Assembly: GCF_000315625.1 (NCBI RefSeq)
Contig: NW_005434638.1
Span: 123,692-187,691, forward strand
DNA length: 64,000 nt
From: Guillardia theta CCMP2712
Lineage: Eukaryota; Protista; Cryptophyta
Direction: 5' to 3'
Every line of letters begins with the position of its first letter. The stretch's first letter is position 1. The position numbers and the translations under genes are program-made. The notes beneath the pieces were generated by a model. The model saw nothing but the letters and a program-made list of their open reading frames with translations. It searched no databases and was not told the DNA's origin. Of this stretch, positions 1 through 11,538 are shown piece by piece.

Positions 1-868
1 TGTGAAATATCGAACAGTAGAAGCATGATTCTGATGCTTTAATCCATTGTAAAAACAGTTCGCAAAACACTCGAGATAGATTCCGCTACCTCTCGATCAC
101 TGATCGAGAACTCAACCACACTTGGTCCGCTAATACTCGTTGTGATTGCATCTTGTACAAACAACCATTTCTAATGTCCTCTCCATATTTCATCTGACCC
201 TCGGCGTCTCCGCAAAAACTTTGGAAAAGTTCCTCTGTTCTCAGGACAGATATATGAAGCTTAATATCGCTGGACAGATCTAGGTACTATTGCATGTGGG
301 ACTGTAAGGCCAGATTTTTTTCCTATCTCAGCACCTACATTTAGATGAGTTTACTTGACTTGTTGGACTATGGCATGATCCTTACTGCATTGCCTCTCGA
401 AGTCACCGAACACGTTGTGAAACTCTCAAACGAAATTTTACGAAACTGCTTTAAAGGACCTCTCTCGGACTTGAAGCAATTGCTATAGGGAACACGAAGA
501 ATTCCTGGACCTCTGGTCCTGACTATCCTTAAAATACTGCATAAAATACTCTACTAGCAGAGGCTTTCCGATTCTATGGATTCACTTGCCGAGACTAAAT
601 CCCTGGTATCCTCTACCTGTGTTTTAATACCTTTCCATCCCTCACAGTCATTCATTTCGTTAAATCACTTCCATCAGGATGCCACCCGTCTTGTCTCTGG
701 TCGCTCTCGGCCATTCCTAACGTAGTCGCATTCGCCTGTCTATCACGCTGACCATCACGCGGCGCAGCGGCTCTAGGCGACACCCTTGCATTGTGAATAC
801 CCCGAGGCGGGCTCCGCAATTGCTCGTATGGGGCTCCGCATGGGTCCCGGGTCTTAGGAGATGGCCAG

Positions 869-1500
869 AGGGGGAGCTCGGGGTAGGGTGGTATTATAAA
901 TCAGTTATAAATTACTTGAGGGTGGGGTGATATCCTTTCTTCGGAGGGGTACTAATAGGATTTTAGGGGGTCCTCGCCCTTGTTGCACTGGGGTAGGGGG
1001 TGAGTGAAGTGTGCAAGCGTGCAGGGAATGGTCGCAATTGCAGGTAGGGGTGGGCTAAAATAGTAGGGTAGTCCATGGAAAATGAGGAGGTAGGGGTACA
1101 TGAGTTTGGGAAATATCGTAGGGGTAGGGGCAAGAAGAGGGGGCGAAGACACAAGGTGAAGGGATAACAGTTAAGATGGTTAATTTCTTAATTGAGATAC
1201 TAGGTAAAAAGACGATAGCTTCCTACCTCTCATTGAAAACACACCTCAACGACATCTACTGGTAACCCTACGGCCAAAGAGTACCAGGCAGCACCCACTC
1301 ACTACCCTGACCCTGTCTATCTACAACAATAGATGATGATACCCCTCATTTTCCCCATTTCTCACTATCATGAAGTCTTGATTCTTCTACCCCCACCCCC
1401 TATGCAAATACCCCCACCCACTGTTGGCTATCTTCACACCCCACCCTCCAATCTTCACCAATCTCTCTTTAGCCTCACCCCTGCACCCCCTGCTCACGGC
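869..1500. promoter_or_regulatory. Bidirectional GGGGTAGGG / CCCTACCCC motif cluster upstream of the RRM gene
   Basis: G-rich copies at ~870-1145 switch to C-rich copies at ~1290-1500; function inferred from position only. Confidence 0.4.
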
Positions 1501-1513
1501 CTCCTCGTTCGGC

Positions 1514-2185
1514 ATGCGCTCCCTCCCCGTTCTGTTTCTCGCGGTCACCGCGGCCTCCGCCTTCGTCCCCCCCCTCAAGAACCCCTTCCCCGCCCTCTTC
1601 GGCATCTCTCCTTGCAACCTCCCATGCATCGCTTCGTCTAGACCGGTATTCCACTCTTGCACGGCCTATCGTGCTTATGCTTGATTTCGCACGTGTACTG
1701 CTCGCCAGGATAATTTGTTCCTGAGGCTATGTTTGTGTGATGTTGTGAATGCTTGCTTGTCTTGCATGCTCTTAGTAAACTTGCTTTGCTTGATTGCTGA
1801 CTTCCAAGCCTTGTAGGTTGCTCGCTTTGCAGGATTGTCGATGCAAGAATTGGATCCCAACAAGTGCTTCGTGAGCGGACTTCCCTGGGCATTGACGTCG
1901 GAGGATCTTCGTGACGTACGATATTTCTTGTTTGCTTATCCTTCAGCTAATTTGTCCTTTCAGCTCTTCGCCGAGTTCGGGGCCATCCAGGATGCGAATG
2001 TTGTTTATGATCGCGAGACTGGACGCAGCAGGGGATTTGGCTTTGTGACCTTCGCTGAATCAGCTGACTGCGAAGCCGCCATCACCGCCATGGATAAGGC
2101 TAACATTGGAGGAAGAACTGTCTTGGTCAAGCAAGCCAACGTGCGCGAAGCTCGTCCCGACAGGAACAGGATGCGATCAGATTAA
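1514..2185 (+). CDS. Plastid-targeted single-RRM RNA-binding protein (spliced)
   Basis: ATG at 1514 begins MRSLPVLFLAVTAASA^FVPP (signal peptide with ASAF motif). Downstream exons give RNP2 CFVSGL and RNP1 RGFGFVTF. In-frame intron ~1916-1963; stop TAA at 2185. Confidence 0.85.
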
Positions 2186-2698
2186 GTCGTTGGTGTGTCT
2201 CGTATAGTTTTCCTTTGTCGAGAGTTTGAGTTGCATGTAGCATAGTGTTTTGCATTTTTTCAATGTTGAATTGCTCGTTTCATGATGGCAAACTCAGCCA
2301 GATTTAAAGCATTCCCAAGTTGTGTGAGAAGTAAACTTGCTCTTTGAGTAACTCCTCTCTTACTTCCAGATCCAACAGTCTGTTAACTTCACTTCGCACA
2401 AACAGAACTTTCCGATCGCCAATGCTGGAATAAGACGATCATTCTTTGGACAATTCAGCTGTAGAATCAATTAGACGAAGATTTGAGAGAACGAGCACAA
2501 GGCAGATGTAGAGGGAAAGGGAGGGGTGACATGAGAGAAGAAAGCAAGAGAAAGCGAAGAAGAGGAGGGAAGGAGGGAGGGAGGGGGGAGAGGAGCTGGA
2601 GGAGGATGAGGTTACCTTCTGTACAAGTCGATCATGTATTGTGAACATCAATCTCCCATTCACTCTGTCATACCACACCTTGTTCGGGCTGGTTAGCT

Positions 2699-5268
2699 TC
2701 AAACTTTGTTTTCCCTCGCAATCAACACCTGAACTCGCACGCCAAGTTCCACCCTCAGTGAATTTCTGCTCAAGTCCAGCATCCAGCTGACTTGTATACC
2801 CGCAGTGACTGAGCCTCTTGTCCCTTGCTGCTCCTCCACCGCTGCTTCCTCCTCCACTTCGTCGCTGCGCGTCACCGCGTCTCCTGCGCTCGCTCCATAG
2901 CTACTCATCCACTCCTGTACTTGACCTGCTTGTACGGCTCCCACGTGCACCTGAAGGTTGTCCTCGACCTGCAGCAGGTGAAACTCCCAGCCGTACGCGC
3001 TGATACCATCGATGTGGACGCTGGAGATGTAGACGAAATCTTCACTGGCGCTGAAGGTGAAGGACTCCGTGTAGTGTCTCTTGCACACCATGGCCCCTAC
3101 CTCCTTGATGTACAGCTCTGTGCTCGTTCTCTCCTGGGAGAAGCATATGGGGGGGCCGAACAAGACCCGGAAGGAGCTCTCCAGCTGGACCATCAGGGGC
3201 TTCTGCACGTAGAAGGACTCGTACGCTGCTATCCCGATCTCGCAGTCCGCCGTCCCTGTCCCTAGCCGCTCGATGAAGAGACTCCGAAGCTCCTTGCAAG
3301 AGAGTTTGAAAGTCTCATCGAGGTATACCCCTCCCCTGCCCCTCTTGAGGTTGGCTACGAGGCGTTGTTGGAAGATTGACCCCGAGTTGGTTATCCAGTG
3401 GTTCCTTCCCCTCGTTATGCTCGTGACCAATGTGACCTCGGGAGCTACCGACAGTGAATCTTCATGATACTCCTGCTTGCAAGCGGAAGAGGAGAGAAAC
3501 ACCCTATCCTGCCCTGCCGTGTGCTCCGGACTGCTCAGGTTGAGCATGATGATCTTGGGTCTGTCCGGTATCGCCCGACAGAGCAGCTCTATTATCTCCT
3601 TGATGTACACAAACTGCTGGAAATCTTCGACAACGGAGCGACGAGGGTCGGGCGAGCACCAGAAGCCTCCGGGAGACCCGAGGGACTGAACGTAGAGGAG
3701 GAAGCAGTCCGAGTCGTCGAGGTTGCCGTCGGGTCGCAGCGCCGTCGAGAGCTCCTGCAGCAGCGACATGCTGCTTGCTCGAGTCAAGTTTGACTTGAGG
3801 TCAACCTTGGGGAAGCCGAGCTGGGGAAGGGATCTGACGAGGACGTCGCAGTCAGCCCGAGCATTCTTGGCGTTGTCCGGGTTGGAAGCCTGGATGACTT
3901 GTTCGTAGAGGAGGAGGAGCGCAAACCCGTTGGTCACTCTCCTGCATGCTCTCTCCTGCCGCTGCTCCTTCTGCTCCAGCAGCTCACTGGCGCTGGTCAG
4001 ATCCTCGTCCCTCGTGTGAGTGACTCTGATCTCGGCGAGGCTGGGCCAAGGGGAGGAGCCTGTCCTGTCATCGTGCAGGCGCTGCAGAAGATCCTCTACA
4101 GGATCTTTGTCGGGGAGAGGGTATTGAGTTCCATCGTCTGTTTCCGACATCATCTCCTCAAGAGCATCTGCCGTCGTCATAAAACCATCGCCAATGCTCC
4201 TGGAAGTGTTCCTTCCTGTAGTGAGAAGTTCTCCGTTCCTTCCTGTAGTGAGAAGTTCTCGTGCGTCCACCTCAGACATACCCGACGGCGGCTGCTCGGG
4301 AGGTACGGCATGTGCGACTGCGCTGTCGTGTCGTTGGCCTTCACTCGCCGTCTGCTGCTCGGCGTGCTCCTCTCTTCTCATTCTCTTCTCCAGCATGTCT
4401 TGTATCAGCTCGTCCAGCTGGCTGATCTGCTACGTGATCCTCGTCACGGACTGACATGACAAAAGTCTTCAGAACCTGAGCCGGTGAAAATTTGTCATCG
4501 TCCGAAAGGTCATCAACCAACCAACTGAAGCGAGCATGTCACAACAGGAAGCTCAACAGTCAGCGGGAAGTAACGTTCTCAGCTCTTACATGTCATGCTG
4601 GTGTGAGGGTGTGTCGGTGAGGGTCTTAGATGCCCCTCCTCTACTTCATTGTCATTGTAAGATCCTCGAACAATCGCTTCTGCCTCACATTCCCAGCTGC
4701 TCGATGTTAAGGCCTGCTTCCATGGCAGCCAGCAGCCCCTGAGGGAACAGTCAACAACGACCGCAGCTGCATGCTCGGGACCTCCGTCTCCTCGGTGACG
4801 TCGGAGGACACGCTTCGTAGGGTTTGCTGCAGTAGGGTGAGAACAGGGAGGGGAGGGGAGAGAGGGGAGTGGGGAGGACCATGGCGTCTTGTTCGTGCTT
4901 GAAACCAAGAGACTCTGCAGACTCCCAGAGGTGTTGTGCAAGAGAATAATGTCCGTTGAGAAAGAGCTTGTCAAAGATGTTCTTTCCCTCCTTGTCCTGC
5001 CTCAACCATCATCAAGGAAACCAAACAAGTGCAAGTACAAGCCAGCAGTGATCACCTTGCTGTTGACATCAGCTCCGTGGTTGAGGAGTGCGAGCACAAC
5101 TTCCTTGTTTCCTCGCATGGCGGCGATGAGCAGCAAGGAGTTTCCGTCGTCATCTTTGCTCTCAAGGTCCGCCTTGGCGCTGAGGAGCAGGTCGAAAACG
5201 TCGCACCTCCTCTCCATGACAGCGAGAGCAAGCAGAGAGTTCACACCGCTCTGATCCTTGGAGGACAT
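2699..5268 (-). CDS. Ankyrin-repeat protein joined to a catalytically dead caspase-like (peptidase C14 fold) domain and a beta-rich C-terminal domain
   Basis: 5002-5268 encodes ankyrin repeats (DDDGNSLLLIAAMRGNKEVVLALLNHGADVNSK, continued after a GT-AG intron by DKEGKNIF). The 565-aa ORF 2699-4396 has caspase motifs in order: GFALLL, D..L...L..LGF, NLT, DCFLLYVQSLG, PKIIMLNLS, TLVTSITRG..W...GSIF. The join through small exons at 4430-4830 is inferred. Confidence 0.7.
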
Positions 5269-5351
5269 GCTGATCCTTCTCCTTCCTTCACTTGCTCCTC
5301 CCCTCCACCTTACCTGCTCCTCCTCCTCTCTCCCTTGTTTCCTCTACTTCC

Positions 5352-5383
<32 letters not shown>

Positions 5384-6199
5384 CTCCTCTTCCCCTTACA
5401 ATCCCCCCCGCCCCCCACCTTCGCCTCCTTCCCTTGCTGTTGCAATGCTCCGCCTCCCGCAAACCTGGTAGGAACGGACGGGGATGGGAAATACCCTGGA
5501 CGACCAGCAGGACTAGCAAGAATGGAGGGCAGGGGGGGAGAGGGAGCGGGGGGGGGGGGGGGGGGCAGAGGGAAATTGGGAGATCAGAAAGGAGGAAGAG
5601 GAAGGGAAGAGGAGGAAGAGGAAGTGAGGGAGGAGGGCAGAGTTGAAGATGAGCAAGAGCCTGACGTCGATGGTGTGGACAAGAAAGGGAACAAAGAGAC
5701 CCCTGTGTTCATTAAAGCTGTAAAGTTTCATTCATTGCTTCTCTACCATCATGTGCTTTGATATTATCTCGCCATACGGGCCATAAGTCGCCTCCTGCTC
5801 CTTCTCCCCCCCCTCCCCCTGCCGTCACAAGCATGAGGAGGAAGCAGCACAAACCAACGCAGAACCTCTTGCGGTCGATGCAGAGACTTGGAGAGTTTGG
5901 AGATGATATTGTTGAACTTGATGACCTTCTGCTTCCTATCTTAGACCCCTCCCTCTCCCCCTCCCCCTCCCCCTCCCTCTCCCCCTCCCTCTCCCCCTCC
6001 TCCTCCCCGTCCTTCTCCTCTTGCTCTCCCACTTGCTGAATCTCCTCTTCGTCTTGCCCCTCCTGCTTCTGCCAATCTTGCTGCTCCTGCTCCTGCTCCT
6101 GGCCCTCCCCCTGCTCCCTCCTGCCCCTTCCCATGTAGCTACTCTGCCGTGCCTCAACCCTCTTGCTCTCCCTCCCTCTGCTCCGCACTGCCATTGCTC

Positions 6200-7435
6200 A
6201 CCTGCCATGCTGGGCTGTGGATGGGAAAACGAGAGACCTTGGGCCCCACGAAATGATCGTACACGTTGGTGGCGAGGATGATCCGCCGCCTGTAGGAGAG
6301 AGGTGATTTAGGAGGGAGCATACATTGAAGGGCAAGAGGAAGGAGGCGGATAGCCAGAGAAGGAAGAGCACGAGGAGGAGGAGGTGGTGGTGGTGGTGGC
6401 AGAGGAGGAGGACGAGGAGCACTATCAGAATGAAGGGAGGAGGAGGAGAGGAGGAGGATGAGGATGACGATGAGGATAAGGAGGATGAGGATGACGATGA
6501 CGATGACGATGAGGGGCAGCAGCAGCAGGAGAAGCAGGAGGACAGACTTGCTCGGCGGTTGGATTTTCTTCACCCTTGAGCTGACATTTGCCATTCACTT
6601 TGGATCCGGGTCAATGGAGTTGTACCTGCAGTGGGGAAGAGACCCGTCGATGATGATGCTCCTGTTGAACTTGTACTCCACCCTCTGCCAGTTCTTCGCC
6701 TCCTCTTCCTCCGTGTACTCATCCTCTACTGCGTTCGCTCCTCCCACATGTGCCCCCTGCAGCACTCATGACAAGACAAGCTCAACCTTCTCTCCATCCT
6801 TCCCCCCCTGCCCCCCGACTTCCTGCACCTTCCCCTCTCCCTGTTGACCCCCATCCTCTCATTCCCGCCCTCTCTCCCTTCCCTCCCTCCCTTCCCTCCC
6901 CCTCCTCACCTTGTATCCGGTCCGCACATAGTGCGACAGTCCATCTCGGTTCGCCAGGAACTCTCCTCCCTAGAGCACTTGTTATCCCCCCGCAGGAACA
7001 TGGTGCTTCCCCACCTCACAGTCTGCGCGCCCCAGGTGAATGGTCGCTGAATACATGGGGAAAAAGATGACGTTGTGCTGTCAAGAGTCGTGAGAGGCGA
7101 TGGCCTCCTCCCGTCTCGTCGCCCTCCTTCTCCTTCTGCTCCTGCTCGTTTTGCTTCTTCTCCTCCTTCTCCTTCTCCTTCTCCTTCTCCTTCTCCTGCT
7201 CTTCATGCTCACCTGATAGCGTTGAAACTCCGCGAAGTCGATATGGTAGTCACACCTGCCAGCAAGTCACCGGTGACTTTTCGCGCCATTTCAGCCTTGC
7301 CGGTTTCCTTCCCCTCCTGTCAGGCACCAGACCTGGACACAAGATGAGAATTTCAGGCAATGAGAAGAATGAGTAGTGTAAGGAAAGGAAAAGGGAAGAG
7401 GAGGGAAAGTGAGGGGGTTTGAAGGGGCAAGGAAC

Positions 7436-7472
<37 letters not shown>

Positions 7473-8316
7473 GGCAGGAGCAGGAGCAGGGGCAGGAGCA
7501 GGAGCAGGAGCAGGGGCAGGAGCAGGAGCAGGAGCATCAGCAGGAGCAGAAGGACCTCGAATCCATGAACTTTGTTGAGCATAAGCTCACTCCATGCGCT
7601 ATCATTATCCCCCAACGATTCTGCCTGCTGCTCGAGTCACCCTACCTTCTTGTGCTGTCATGTCACATGTACAGCAGTGAAGAGATGAGGAGCGCGGTGA
7701 GCTACGCTCTCAAACCACAGATGCTTCACGCAGGCGGCAGCCAACCTCAACTCTTGCGTCGCCTCCTGCATGAGCGACATGAGCCGGCGACGGCGAGCCG
7801 GGAGCAGACCTGGCAGTGCAGGATGTCGCTAGTGTGCAGGTAGAGACCCCAAGGCTTCCCCTCCTTCTCTTCCATGGCGAACTTGTAGACCTAAGGAGCT
7901 CATCACCTTCACTGATACTCGCCCGCCATCCCTCGCACTTGGTCTGCAAGCTCCTCTGGAACTACATCCTCCAACACCGTGACGGAGTTCCTGCAAGGGA
8001 TCGGCGGCAGAGCAGCTAGAGGGAGCCAGTGAGGAGGAGGAGCATCGAAAGCAAGCTTGCAAGACGACCGATGGAAGGGGACTCGTATCTCGCAGAGGGC
8101 GGCCAGGCGTCGTTGACGGGGATACATTCGTAGCCTGCAATGGAGGTCAGAGGTTGCCCCCTGTTTCGGCGGGATCACCAGCAGGTGCTCGTTGGAAGAC
8201 GTCGAAGTCTTCGTCGCTGTCCGACGAGTCGGTCGCAGCTGCCTGCATGCAGAGACTGGAAGAGACGCAGAGTCACACTCCGCTAGCCTTTGGCTGCTCC
8301 ACGATGAGAATACCAC
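6200..8316 (-). CDS. 2OG-Fe(II) dioxygenase-like protein, many short exons (ends approximate; may extend to ~5650)
   Basis: Minus-strand exons read VTVLEDVVPEELADQ, VHGFEV|WCL, CDYHIDFAEFQRYQ (HxD, 7214-7255), IFSPMYSATIHLG, RVEYKFNRSIIIDGSLPH (distal His) and RRIILATNVYDH (Arg strand). Confidence 0.6.
7437..7548. repeat. Intronic (GAGCAG)n microsatellite
   Basis: Directly visible hexamer array. Confidence 0.9.
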
Positions 8317-8815
8317 AAATTTCCCCTCCCTTCCTCCTCTCCTCCCTGTCCTCCTACTCTTCTCCTTCTGGCTTCTCGTCCTAGCTCCTCATCTGTCTCC
8401 TCCTTCATGCTCAGTCCTCCTGCTCTCCCGCCACTGGCCTCCGACCTCTCCCCGCCTCCCTTCTGGTTGGCCTTTTCATGCCATGATTGTTGGGGAGCTT
8501 AACAGTACCCCAGGTTGAAGCATCTATAGGACCGGTACTGAAAGCCCGACAATTTAAGAGTGACGTCAAGTGTAATGCTGGATGAGGGGGAGGAGGAGGA
8601 GGAGGAGGAGGAGGAGGAGGAGCCGGAGCATGGCGAGAGAGCAGATAGATAAGTCGATGAGGGAGCAGGAGGAAGTCAACGCAAGGAGCGTCTAGACACA
8701 TCAGACGGTTGAATGGAAACCTGATGAGGGGAGGAGAGGTTTGAAAACACTCGGAGCATTGTTTTTACTCATTCTCTCTGACTCCATTGCTATCAGACCT
8801 TCTCCTTCTTCACCG

Positions 8816-9867
8816 ATGAAGCTCTTGTTCACAGCCTCCATCTTCTTCATCCTGTTGGCCTGCTGCCGTCCAGTCTCAAGTCTCGATCTTCCTGACGCAT
8901 GGAAGAAAGTCCTCGACCAAAGCTCTGGTAAGCACTACTACTGGAACACGTTGAGCGGAGAGACCCAATGGGAGAGGCCATGGAGCATGAAAGAAGAAGA
9001 GTTGGATGACCTCGACGACATGGTCACCGGCGCAGGGATCGAAGAGTAAGGGGAGAGCCTGTGGGGGGTCATTGCTCCTTACCTGGCGTTACAGGATCGA
9101 CCACCAGGTGCTACAGCCGACCACTGAGACGTCCGACGATCTCTTCGATTACAGTGAGGGAGTCTCCGAGCAGCTGAAAGAGGACGCCAAGAAGGCGAGG
9201 GAGGCAAGCATGAAGAAGCAGGGATCCGACGGACAACGCAAGCCTTCAGCGGACAAGGTCAAGGAGGAAAAAGAGGTTTTTTCATTGGAATATCATATCG
9301 GGTGTTCTGACGGCCCACTAGGAGACAGGCGTTCTTTCTGAGAGCTTCTTCCGTAAGGCAGACGCGGACGGGAACGGAGGATTGGATGAGAAGGAGTTTG
9401 CCAAGGCCCTGAAGCAGCTGAACTTCTCCCTGGACGGCAACGAGGAGCAGCAGGAGCTGAAGGAATTCTTCGAAGCCAAGGGCAAGCACGGAAAGGCTCT
9501 GCTGGGATGGCAGGAATGGAAGGTTCTCATTGAAGATCTGATGGCTTCCGACCACGACGACAAGGGTCACTTGGCCCAGCAGCACGGGAAGGAGCATCGA
9601 GGGGAAGAGGGCAGTCCGCAAATCGGAGAGTACGACAAGGAGGTCTTCAACTCCTTCGACTTGGATGGCTCAGGAGAGCTCGACCGCCACGAGCTCCTCG
9701 TCCTTCTGCGGAACCGAGATGCTCCTGAAGTAGCGGAAGGGTCTTACAACGCAATGATGGAGGAGCTGGACAAGGATGGCAACGGGGCCCTGTCCTTGCA
9801 CGAATGGTATCGCGATGTTTCGCCGGGAGACTTCGTGGATCTCTTGAGAGGGCAACGCAAAGCTTGA
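8816..9867 (+). CDS. Signal-peptide protein with a WW domain and EF-hands
   Basis: MKLLFTASIFFILLACCRPVSS leader; WW motif LPDAWKKVLDQSSGKHYYWNTLSGETQWERP; EF-hand loops DADGNGGLDEKE, DLDGSGELDRHE, DKDGNGALSLHE; two short introns. Confidence 0.8.
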
Positions 9868-9962
9868 TCGATTAAATTGTAGCTTGATTTCTTTTCTTAA
9901 ATGGATGTACAGCTTTCCCCAACGAACCAGTAATCATATGAACACCGACGTGAAGACGTATG

Positions 9963-11538
9963 TTACAAATCCCTTTCGGTCTTGATCTCTTCGAATTTCG
10001 AATTCTCCTTCATACGGATCCGGTCTGCAATCTTCACGAAATGTTGTAGACGATTCTGCACTGCCATTGCAAGAAGTTGGAGCTTCTTCTGCCCAGCTTC
10101 TGTTTCCTTCATTCGAGAAATTGTTTCTTCCTGCATCGAGCCGTCACTAGAGTGCAAAAACGTGTAAGTACTACATACCCTGTGATAGTCTGAAATAAAA
10201 TCTCTCTGCAATTCATCAGCACTTCGGTTATCTCCCATTTCACTAGCAAAAGGCCGGCAGCTCTCCGGGGTCGTCATCCTGACCTGTTCGAACTCTTCCT
10301 TGGATACCTAAATAATGACGTCAGAATACTGGAAATAGAGAGGATATGGAAATCAGCGACAGGAATCGTTCATGTTCTCATGTACACACACACACACACA
10401 CACACACTTCTTTACTCCTCTCTATTGATCTCACCGGTCGAATGTAATGTTTCGAGCAGACCAGCGTTCCATTTCCGTCGAAAACTTTTTCCGATGCGAA
10501 ACAATAGAACCCACATCCAAAGAAACTCGAGCCCCATGAATCCCGACATCTGTAAAATTTGCAGACCTTCAGCTGGTCATCGTTCAATATCTCTTCAATC
10601 ATGTAACAAATCCAATCCAACTCCGTCATGAAGATTGGAACATTTTTTGACGTCAATCGTGTTATGAACTCCTCCTTATGAATTCCACAGATTGTAGATA
10701 TCAGGTCTGAAACATATAATTCTTGACGGACAGGCATCATGTTTTCGATCATATCCCATTTCATCCTCATAAATCCTGTATCCTGACTACGTTCCCAAAT
10801 TTCATTTTCCATCATTTCAAACACACCAGTATCCTTTTGATCCCCCATCAACAAATTACAGTCATGCGAAAAGCGCTTTTGCATTGTATGATTCTGAATG
10901 ACCTTGAATGTACTGAGTGCACTGCTGACCACATTCTGGATCGAAGGCGGAAGCACATAAGCTAAATTCAAGATTTGATCCTGACTGTACTCCGAGAACC
11001 TTGCCATCAAAGGATAAGCCCAATGTTGTGTGTCATACGTCTGAAAATATGTAATATCGTCTGCCAAACCCACTCTATTCACGTTGTAGCTCAAAGGTCG
11101 TTCAACTGCTACAACATCATGCTCTTGTTTTACATCTGAAACCTCCACTTTAACAAGAGCAAGATCACTTGACGAGTTCCAATCACAACAAGAGTCTCCT
11201 CTGCCATTCTTTATACACCGTGAGCATGGTCTGCTCAGATCACACCGAGCTTTGGCTCGTTTGCAAGCCTCGCATGCTCTGGGCACTTGAGCTCGCGGCT
11301 CGTGCGTTTCACCTGTCCAATCAACGCAAGTGCTTTCTTGGCCCTTTGCAATACAACGAGTACATGGTCTCGTATCTCCACACTTCATCTTCAGTTTCCT
11401 GCATGCTACGCATGCTCTGCTGACTGGCAACTGAGCAAGGCGCCTCGTCTTCACTACTTTCTTCTCCTTACCATCTGCATCCATTGTCGCAAAGAGAGGG
11501 AGAGATGCAGGCTGCCCGAGAACAGCCGTGCTCATCAT
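9963..11538 (-). CDS. Transcription factor with two tandem Zn(II)2Cys6 binuclear clusters
   Basis: CVACRKLKMKCGDTRPCTRC..C and CEACKRAKARCDLSRPCSRC..C in ORF 10378-11538. ORF 9963-10277 is the probable last exon(s), reached via an intron containing a (CA)n tract. Confidence 0.85.

Noticed and set aside
1-850. Possible 5' part of a minus-strand multi-exon gene
   Set aside because: Some exon-like segments exist, but no recognisable motif or reliable splice model could be built.
4208-4260. 27-bp tandem duplication (ELLTTGRN x2) in the pseudo-caspase linker
   Set aside because: Real but in frame in a disordered linker; ordinary slippage.
5258-6600. Many poly-L/P/R/E ORFs in the six-frame track
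   Set aside because: They are translations of intronic or intergenic (CCT)n/(GAG)n microsatellites.
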